NCBI GenBank assembly: GCA_963762085.1
Contig: CAVXJD010000003.1
Coordinates: 64,506-128,505 of the forward strand
Origin: an uncultured Actinomycetes bacterium
GTDB lineage: Bacteria > Actinomycetota > Thermoleophilia > Gaiellales > Gaiellaceae
Length of the DNA stretch: 64,000 nucleotides
Reading direction: 5' to 3'
A program made the translations under genes and the position numbers. The notes under the pieces are model-generated. The model saw only the letters and a program-made list of their open reading frames with translations, had not been told where the DNA came from and did no database searches. Below are positions 39,231 through 46,021 of the stretch, piece after piece; within the stretch, counting starts at the first letter, position 1, and each line of letters begins with the position of its first letter.

Positions 39231-41213
39231 TCAGTGCCACGGAAAGCTGATCCGTGAGAGCATCACCCCGTACGGCGGGTCGGTCTCGTAGATGCCCGGA
39301 ATCTCGACGATCAACGGATGCCAGCGCTCGCCCGTGAGACGAACCCGAATCGTGCCGCTCTTTGCGACCGAGAACCGCCGCTCACGTCGCCCATCGAGCC
39401 AGAGCGTCGCCGTCGTCGGACGGGCAGCGGCGAAGTCGAGCGTCAGGAGGCCCGGGCCCCACACCCAGAATGGTGCCTGGGGCTCGCTGGTTCGCCGATC
39501 GATCCAGCCACGGCAGAAATAGGGCTTCTCTCGTGCCGGCTCGCCGAAGGGGTTCGACAGGTTCGCGCGGCCGTTCGGTTCGAGCAGCGTGACGGCGCCA
39601 TCCCGGACCTCCGGCAAATAGCCGGCCGCGAGCGCCCCCCGCCACGCGAACCATCCGCCTGCGACGCCGCTCCGAAAGAGTCCGCGGTGAAACAGGAGCT
39701 GCTCAACACCCAGCGCATCGAGCCGGTCGCGGTCCCCGTCGAGCCAGACGCCGCAGGACAGTCGCCCGAAGCGGTAGTAGAAGTCGAAGGCCGGCTCCGG
39801 CGCCAGGGTCGAGTAGCCGGTCGGTCTCTCGCGCCTTGCTTGGAGTGTGTAGAGGTCGTACACCGATCCTTCCTGCCGGCCCGGCTCGAACGGCGGCACC
39901 TCGAGGATCCGGCCGGGGGAGGAGCGGCGGGCGGCGGCGTAGGCGTCGTTCGAGCCGTCGGCCGGGGTCGGGGCGAAGGGCATCACCGTGAGATCGGCGG
40001 CCACGAGCAGAAAGGCAGCCGCACCGGCCAAAGCTTGTCGCCTCGAGACGCGCTCGAGGAGCGCCGCGAGCGCGAAGGCCGCGAGCGCCGCCAACGCCAG
40101 GTCCGCGATCGGCATGAACCGCCCGGGGACGCGGACGCTCTGGAGCGGCGGCACGATCGATCGAAGCGGAGCGTAGAGCGGCAGGTTCGTTCCGAAGGCG
40201 ATCAGGATGGGAACGACCGCCGCGAGCCCGAGCAGGATCCCGAGGCCACGACGGGCTTGCAGGAGCACCACCAGCCCTACGACAGCGAGCGCGAGGGTCA
40301 GCCAGCCGAGATAGACGAGCTCCTCGCTCGGGGCGGTGTGGAAACGGTTCAGGAAGTCGAGCGCCTCCGCCGAGTAGGCATCCACATTCGAGAGGGATCG
40401 CCGCTCCGCAAGCCTCGAGCCTTCGACCACGGTGTAGCGGAGGGCGAGCCCGACCGCAGCGGTGGCGACGACGCCCCCGGCCACCCAGACGGCGGGCAGC
40501 GGGCGGTAACGCACGCCGGCGTAGGCCGCGACGAACGGGAGCGTCCCAAGGGCGAGATGGAGCTGACCGGAGAGCGGGAACGACACGAGCGCGACGGCCG
40601 CGAGGACTCCCCACGCATGCGCATGCCTCCGTGTCCGTGCCGCGCGCGCCCGCTCGACTGCCAGGAGGCTGAGCGGAAGGACGATCGCGACCCAGCCGAG
40701 CAGATGGTCGGCACTCTGGGCAAGCCGGTAAGGGGCGATTGCGAACGCGAGCCCGCCCACGAGTGCGGGCACGAACGTGAGATCGAGTGCGCGGAGCCAG
40801 GCGTAGGCAAGGAGGCCGCCCGCGACCACTGTGGCCAGGAGCAACAGATTCCATGCGATCACGGGCCCGAAAAGAGCCTCGAGCGGCCAGAAGGGGAGGC
40901 CGAAGGGCCAGCCGCCGAGCGCGACCTGAGGCTCGACCAGCGGCTGAAAGCTGTACGGATCCCGCCAGGGTGCGTCCCAGGCCGCGAGCTGGTAGCCGAG
41001 GAGCCAGAAGCGGTAGACGACCTGGCCGTGATCTCCGGCCGCCGTCTCTCCGTATCCTTCGGCGCCGCCCGCGAGGTAGGCCGACCCGAACGAGGTGAGG
41101 CCGGGCCAGGCGGAGACCAGCGCAGCTGCGGTGTAGAGGAGTGCTACGAGGCCGAGCGGGCCGAAGCCAGGAGCTCGTCGAAATCGGGGAGCTCGTCGAC
41201 CTCGTAGCGCCAT
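39231..41213 (-). CDS. large polytopic membrane protein, GT-C-like glycosyltransferase suspected
   Basis: 660 aa. About 12 TM helices are followed by a soluble C-terminal domain of about 200 aa. The architecture resembles YfhO or dolichyl-phosphate-mannose-type transferases. No motif is confirmed. Confidence 0.55.
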   Translation of the reverse strand: MALRGRRAPRFRRAPGFGPLGLVALLYTAAALVSAWPGLTSFGSAYLAGGAEGYGETAAGDHGQVVYRFWLLGYQLAAWDAPWRDPYSFQPLVEPQVALGGWPFGLPFWPLEALFGPVIAWNLLLLATVVAGGLLAYAWLRALDLTFVPALVGGLAFAIAPYRLAQSADHLLGWVAIVLPLSLLAVERARAARTRRHAHAWGVLAAVALVSFPLSGQLHLALGTLPFVAAYAGVRYRPLPAVWVAGGVVATAAVGLALRYTVVEGSRLAERRSLSNVDAYSAEALDFLNRFHTAPSEELVYLGWLTLALAVVGLVVLLQARRGLGILLGLAAVVPILIAFGTNLPLYAPLRSIVPPLQSVRVPGRFMPIADLALAALAAFALAALLERVSRRQALAGAAAFLLVAADLTVMPFAPTPADGSNDAYAAARRSSPGRILEVPPFEPGRQEGSVYDLYTLQARRERPTGYSTLAPEPAFDFYYRFGRLSCGVWLDGDRDRLDALGVEQLLFHRGLFRSGVAGGWFAWRGALAAGYLPEVRDGAVTLLEPNGRANLSNPFGEPAREKPYFCRGWIDRRTSEPQAPFWVWGPGLLTLDFAAARPTTATLWLDGRRERRFSVAKSGTIRVRLTGERWHPLIVEIPGIYETDPPYGVMLSRISFPWH

Positions 41214-41608
41214 GCAGCGAGGATCATGCCGTCTCCGTCGAGCAGGAAGGCGGATCGCTCGGACACCCGCTCGAGGCCGCGGTAGTTGAAAGCGTTGTCG
41301 AACGCGTCGACAGCGTGGCCGTTCCAGTCGGAGAGCAGGGGGACGTTGATGTCGAGCGCCTCGCGCCAGGCGCGGTGCGACCAGGGACTGTCCCGCGAGA
41401 TCCCGAAGACCGACGTGCCCGCCGCTTCGAATTCGGCTCTCCTGTCACGCAGGAGGACGAGCTCGTCAGTTCAGGTGCTCGACCAGTCGAAGAGATAGAA
41501 GAGGAGCAGGACTCGCTCTCCCTCGGCCGGAAGGTCTCGAAGCCGGACACGCTCGTTCGTCGCGAGCCAAACCTCCACGTCGCGTGGGCGCTCCCCTGCG
41601 GAAATCAC
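41144..41608 (-). CDS. AhpE-like 1-Cys-type peroxiredoxin with selenocysteine (in-frame UGA at 41471-41473)
   Basis: My translation from GTG 41608 reads VISAGERPRDVEVWLATNERVRLRDLPAEGERVLLLFYLFDWSST-U-TDELVLLRDRRAEFEAAGTSVFGISRDSPWSHRAWREALDINVPLLSDWNGHAVDAFDNAF...ELLASARSAS. Read-through of the TGA keeps an AhpC/TSA-like sequence to a TAG at 41144. U occupies the Pxxx(T/S)xxC peroxidatic position. Confidence 0.75.
41439..41455 (-). promoter_or_regulatory. candidate SECIS stem-loop for the peroxiredoxin UGA
   Basis: On the mRNA, CUCCUG-CGUGA-CAGGAG starts 15 nt after the UGA. GCU/AGC pairing is possible around a 4-nt bulge. Confidence 0.4.
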
Positions 41609-42807
41609 GCCGTTACCGGCGGGCCGACTTGCTCCGTCACGTCGGCGATCTCGCTGACGACCTCGGCCAGGTCGCGATTCGCGTTCCAGACGCGGAGCTG
41701 GCGGTCGGCTCCGTTCCCGCGCTCCAGGATCTGGCGTATCCCTTCCAGCTCGCGCTCGGAGCCGAGCTCGCGTGCGTGCGGCTCGATGTCGCGGAGGGTG
41801 CGCCGCACGAGCTGCGCGACGGGGACGCGGTTCCTGCGACCGGTTGCGAGGTCCATGACGGGCGCTTCGAGGCCGTAGCGCGCGGCGAGCCACTTGTTCT
41901 CGGTCACCAGGATTCGATGGTAGGAAGGAAGCTCGTGGCCGGCGTCGTAGCGCTCGGAGTAGAGCTTGACAATGCCCTGGATGTAGGCGGCCAGGGCGAC
42001 CGCCTCCTCGACGCGCGTGACCGCGTCCATGATCCGCACCTCCACGGTGCCGAAGCGCGGGTGGAGCCTCACGTCCCACCAAATGTGGGTGTAGTCGGCG
42101 ATGCAGCCCGTCTTTTCGAGTTGACCCACCACTTCGGCGAAGTCCGCATAATCCCGGAAGCGGGGCGGGGGGCCCGAACGCGGGAACGCGGCGAAGATCA
42201 TCTGGCGGCTCGAGGAGAGGCCCGTCGGCTCTCCGCGCCAGAAGGGCGAGTTGCCCGAGAGCGCGAGGAGATCCGTCAAGTGGACGAGGAGGGCGCTCTG
42301 GATTTTGATCGCCTTCTCCGGGTCGTCGATCCCGACATGAACGTGCATCCCGAAGATGAGCTCTCGCCGTGCCACGTACTGGAGCTGGTCCACGAGGTTT
42401 CGGTAGCGGTCGCGGGCCGTGATCCGTTGGCGTTCGAAGAGGCTAAAGGGATGGGTGCCGGCCGAGCCGACTCGAAGGCCTCGCGTCCGACCGATCTCCG
42501 TCACGTGTGCCCGCAGCTTGCGGAGCTCCGTGTCGACCTCAGGGACGGTCTTGCAGACGGGCGTTGCGATCTCGAGGACGGACTGCATGAGCTCAGGCGC
42601 GATGCGCTTTTCGAACTCGCTGCCCGCTGTGGCGCTCAGGATCGTGTCGACGTGCTGAACGAGATCGAACGTTTCGGTGTCGAGCAGCATGTACTCCTCC
42701 TCGACACCGAGGGTGTACGGGTCGCTCTTGCCGAAGTTGTGGTCGAGCACGCTGCCACCCTCGGCGAAGCTCTTACCGGTGATCGTGGCGGGATAGATCT
42801 GCTTCAC
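41605..42807 (-). CDS. carboxylate-amine ligase, glutamate-cysteine ligase family 2 (YbdK-type)
   Basis: 400 aa. Contains TLGVEEEYMLLD and HVHVGIDD motifs. Its stop overlaps the peroxiredoxin GTG (GTGA). Confidence 0.85.
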   Translation of the reverse strand: MKQIYPATITGKSFAEGGSVLDHNFGKSDPYTLGVEEEYMLLDTETFDLVQHVDTILSATAGSEFEKRIAPELMQSVLEIATPVCKTVPEVDTELRKLRAHVTEIGRTRGLRVGSAGTHPFSLFERQRITARDRYRNLVDQLQYVARRELIFGMHVHVGIDDPEKAIKIQSALLVHLTDLLALSGNSPFWRGEPTGLSSSRQMIFAAFPRSGPPPRFRDYADFAEVVGQLEKTGCIADYTHIWWDVRLHPRFGTVEVRIMDAVTRVEEAVALAAYIQGIVKLYSERYDAGHELPSYHRILVTENKWLAARYGLEAPVMDLATGRRNRVPVAQLVRRTLRDIEPHARELGSERELEGIRQILERGNGADRQLRVWNANRDLAEVVSEIADVTEQVGPPVTA

Positions 42808-42847
42808 GGCCTTGACTGTATCCCGCTCGTGCGGCCGAATCGACCGC

Positions 42848-43240
42848 TCAGGTCTCGTGCGACAGAACGGCGTCGGCTTCGATCTCCACGAGCCAGCGTG
42901 GATCCACGAGCTCTTTGACGGTCAGCGTCGTGTTCGCTGGGCGGATGTCGGAGAACGCCTCGCCGTGCGCGCGCCCGACTTCCTCGAAGTCTTCCGTCCG
43001 TACGAGATAGACGCGCGTTCGCACGACGTCCGCCAGCGAGCCGCCCGCCTCCTGCAGAGCCCGCTCGACGATTTCGAGACAACGCTTTGCCTGCGAGTAG
43101 GCGTCAGGAGGAGGATCGCTGCCGTCCGCCATGATCGGGGCGCAGCCGGCGATCCAGACCTGGGTTCCGACCTGGACCGCACGCGAATAGCCGACCACGG
43201 GCTCGTAGGGCGATCCGGAGGAGATCAGACGCCTGTGCAA
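42848..43240 (-). CDS. RidA/YjgF family protein
   Basis: 130 aa. Contains PVVGYSRAVQVGTQVWIAG and RPANTTLTVKELVDPRWLVEIEADA. Confidence 0.85.
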   Translation of the reverse strand: MHRRLISSGSPYEPVVGYSRAVQVGTQVWIAGCAPIMADGSDPPPDAYSQAKRCLEIVERALQEAGGSLADVVRTRVYLVRTEDFEEVGRAHGEAFSDIRPANTTLTVKELVDPRWLVEIEADAVLSHET

Positions 43241-43261
43241 GCGCGTCTAGTATCGCTTTCC

Positions 43262-44074
43262 GTGCCGCCGCTTGCCGCTATCGACGAGTGGGGTGCCGGG
43301 CACGCGGCGGCCGGGGTCGTTCGGGGCGGCCGAGTGGTCGCGACGCACGGCGAGCGAGAGCACGTCTTTCGCTGGGCGTCGATCACGAAGCTTCTGACAG
43401 CAAGCGCGGTCCTCGTGGCGGCGGAGGAGGGCATCGTCGACTTCGACGAGCCGGCCGGCCCGGAGGGCTCCACGATTCGACATCTGCTCGCGCATGCGTC
43501 CGGCTTGCCGTTCGAGGGTCTCGATCCGATTGCCCGCCCGGGCGAGAGGCGGATTTATTCCAACACGGGCTACGAGGTCCTCGGCGCCTTCGTCGTCGAA
43601 CGTGCCGAGATGGCCTTCGCTGACTATCTCCGAGAAGCAATCCTGGCGCCCCTCGCAATGAACGCGACCCGGCTGCAAGGGTCACCGGCTTCGGAATGTC
43701 ATGGACCGCTTGACGACTTGCTTCTCTTCGCGCGGGAGCTCCAGGCGCCGTCGTTCGTCGCGCCGGAGACGTTCCAGGAAGCGACGCAGACGGCGTTCCC
43801 CGGGCTCGTCGGGGTGCTCCCGGGGTTCGGGCGACAGGATCCGATGGACTGGGGTCTCGGGTTCGAGTTGAAGGACGCGAAGAGCCCGCATTGGACGGGG
43901 ACTCGAAACTCGCCCCGGACCTTCGGCCACTTTGGCGGTTCCGGGACCTTTCTGTGGGTCGATCCGGAACCCGGCCTCGCGACCGCATGCCTCACCGACC
44001 GGGAGTTCGGCGAGTGGGCGCTCGAGGCATGGCCTGCCCTGTCGGACGCGGTGCTGTCGGATTCTGGTGCCTAG
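43262..44074 (+). CDS. serine hydrolase (beta-lactamase/class C-like family)
   Basis: The in-frame GTG at 43262 gives 270 aa. SITK and YSNTGY motifs are present. The first 150 codons of the track ORF overlap the RidA gene and are artefact. Confidence 0.8.
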   Translation: MPPLAAIDEWGAGHAAAGVVRGGRVVATHGEREHVFRWASITKLLTASAVLVAAEEGIVDFDEPAGPEGSTIRHLLAHASGLPFEGLDPIARPGERRIYSNTGYEVLGAFVVERAEMAFADYLREAILAPLAMNATRLQGSPASECHGPLDDLLLFARELQAPSFVAPETFQEATQTAFPGLVGVLPGFGRQDPMDWGLGFELKDAKSPHWTGTRNSPRTFGHFGGSGTFLWVDPEPGLATACLTDREFGEWALEAWPALSDAVLSDSGA

Positions 44075-44436
44075 TCCGTGAAGAGCGGGCGGACGATCTC
44101 GTCGAAGGTCTCCCGGTCGCAGCTCGCGACGACGGCGGGCGTCATGCCCCTGACGGTCGCCGTTCGCGGCACGTCCATGACCAGTCCGACCTCGCCGAAG
44201 TAGTCGCCGGGGCGGAGGAGGTTTCGCTGGCCGCGCTCGGCCTGGGAGACGCTGAGGAGGCCGGAAAGGACGACGTAGAAGCGATCACCCGGCTCCCCTT
44301 CGGCGACGACCTGCTGTCCCGGGCCGACGGCGTGGCGCTCCATGCGCTCGCCAAGCTTCGCGAGCGTTTCGCCCGGGAGCCCCGCCAGAAGCTCGACCCG
44401 CGCAAGCTCGTGCGCGGTCGCGGACTGGTGCCTCAC
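44071..44436 (-). CDS. stand-alone cyclic-nucleotide-binding domain protein
   Basis: 121 aa with a GTG start. Contains GDYFGEVGLVMDVPRTATVRG. Confidence 0.75.
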   Translation of the reverse strand: MRHQSATAHELARVELLAGLPGETLAKLGERMERHAVGPGQQVVAEGEPGDRFYVVLSGLLSVSQAERGQRNLLRPGDYFGEVGLVMDVPRTATVRGMTPAVVASCDRETFDEIVRPLFTD

Positions 44437-44597
44437 TCGTCGGGTTGGGAACCTGGCGAGGCGACGCCATCCGGGTCTTCAGGTCCCGGTCCGCGTTGCG
44501 CCTCCTCTTCCCGGCGTCGCTCGAGGGAGGAGTTCTCTTCCTCTTCGCTCGGGGCCGGACCCTCGGCGTTCGGCTCGATCTCGCTCATGGATTCATT

Positions 44598-44765
44598 CTA
44601 GGAGGGTTTGACGAAACGCAGCAGTGCCGTCGGGCCGCGCTGCTCGCCCCGATGCTGCGTCCTCAGTCGCTTCGATAGCGCTGCTATCGGCGCTCTCTCC
44701 GTCCTTACTCTGGGAGAACGACCAGCGCACCCCGACGACGACGACGTTTCACCGATCCCTCCTAG
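44598..44765 (+). repeat. 168-bp CTAG-bounded palindromic MITE-like repeat
   Basis: The termini CTAGGAGGGTTTGACGAAACG...CGTTTCACCGATCCCTCCTAG are inverted repeats. The central hairpin is CGATAGC-GCT-GCTATCG. A second copy is at 54729-54898. Confidence 0.8.
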
Positions 44766-44805
44766 TGACGGAGCCGAGCCGGCCCAGCCTGGATAACGTG
44801 CGCGC

Positions 44806-45309
44806 GTGGGCGAGCTCGACGGCTGGAAACACTGTCCGCGCTGCGGGTCGGACCTGCGCTCGGAACCCGGCTCGGTGCGCTGCGACTCATGCGGGCTCGT
44901 CGCCTACGCGAAGCCTGCGCCGGCCATCTGCGGGCTTGTCGTCGACGACGAAGGACGGGTCCTCCTCGGCCGGCGAGCGCACGAGCCGGCGGCGGGGCGC
45001 TGGGACATCCTGGGGGGCTTCATGAACGAGGACGAGCAGCCACTCGAGACGCTCAGGCGCGAGCTGCGGGAGGAAACGGGGCTTGACGTCGAGCCCGGCG
45101 TGTTCGTCGGCGTCGTCGCCGACAGCTACGGAGACGAGGGCAACGCCACGCTCAACCTGTGCTGGACGGCCACGATCGTTTCCGGCTACGCGGCACCCTC
45201 CGACGATGTCTCCGAGCTCCGCTGGTTCGAGCCGGACGAGCTCCCCGGCGACGAGGAGCTCGCCTTCTCGAATACGGCAGAGCTGCTGCGCGCCTGGCAA
45301 AACAGCTAG
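44806..45309 (+). CDS. NUDIX hydrolase with N-terminal zinc ribbon (NudC-like)
   Basis: 167 aa. Zinc ribbon CPRCGS...CDSCG. Nudix box GGFMNEDEQPLETLRRELREETGL. Confidence 0.85.
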   Translation: MGELDGWKHCPRCGSDLRSEPGSVRCDSCGLVAYAKPAPAICGLVVDDEGRVLLGRRAHEPAAGRWDILGGFMNEDEQPLETLRRELREETGLDVEPGVFVGVVADSYGDEGNATLNLCWTATIVSGYAAPSDDVSELRWFEPDELPGDEELAFSNTAELLRAWQNS

Positions 45310-45544
45310 CTAGGCCAGGAAGAGCAGCAAAATGGGCCAGACGGCCCATTGTCGCTCCCGGCTCCGCTGCCGATGATCGGATCATCGTGAGCGATTCGCA
45401 CGTGCACCGCATCGACGATTTCCTCCACGAGGAGTGGATCGATGTCTGGGCGGGCGAAGTAGTCGCTCAGGTTGAGGACTACCTCGCCAAGCACGCGGCG
45501 TTCCACGCCTTTCTCGAAGACGGTTCCGGCACCGCCGGAGCGGT

Positions 45545-45865
45545 CTAGACCTCGGCGAGACCCAGATTCCGCTCGAGCATGCCCTTGGGCTGGGCGCCCA
45601 CGGCGGCCGCGGCCGGCTTGCCGTCGCGGAAGATGATGATCGTGGGAATGCTCATGACGCCGTAGCGCTGCGCGAGGGCAGGCTGCTCGTCGATGTTCAC
45701 TTTTGCGATCCGAAGCTCACCGGATCGCTCCTCGGCGATCTGATCCAGGACCGGAGCGACGGCATGGCACGGGCCACACCACTCCGCCCAGAAGTCCACC
45801 ACGACCGGCTGCTCGCTCTCGAGCACCTCGGCTTCGAATGTCGTCTCTGTCACTTCAGTAGTCAT
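45545..45865 (-). CDS. trxA: thioredoxin
   Basis: 106 aa. Contains VVVDFWAEWCGPCH. An AAAGGAGA ribosome-binding site lies upstream. Confidence 0.95.
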   Translation of the reverse strand: MTTEVTETTFEAEVLESEQPVVVDFWAEWCGPCHAVAPVLDQIAEERSGELRIAKVNIDEQPALAQRYGVMSIPTIIIFRDGKPAAAAVGAQPKGMLERNLGLAEV

Positions 45866-46021
45866 TGTTCTCCTTTGGATTTTGGGGCCGGCCGCGAGCC
45901 ACCCTCCGGCTTCAGCCTATTCCCGCTTTGCGCACGGGTGCTGCGCAGCTTGTGTCTAAAGCGTTAAACGACGAGGCGGATCAGGAAAATCCCGCTGCGG
46001 ACCGGCCACTAGACTGGCCTC

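Noticed and set aside
42812-43261. N-terminal 150 codons of ORF 42812..44074
   Set aside because: This stretch overlaps the well-supported RidA gene on the opposite strand. The serine-hydrolase homology starts at GTG 43262.
45866-46021. Possible T-box riboswitch in the ileS leader. Actinobacterial ileS genes are known to carry short T-boxes. A GGGTGGCTCGCG string resembling the T-box core is present here.
   Set aside because: The GGGUGG-like string is on the minus strand, so it lies upstream of trxA, not ileS. On the ileS strand I find no GGGUGGNACCGCG-like core and no obvious specifier loop with AUC. Only a small GGCCA-CTAGAC-TGGCC hairpin lies before the ATG. A covariance-model scan would be needed to overturn this.
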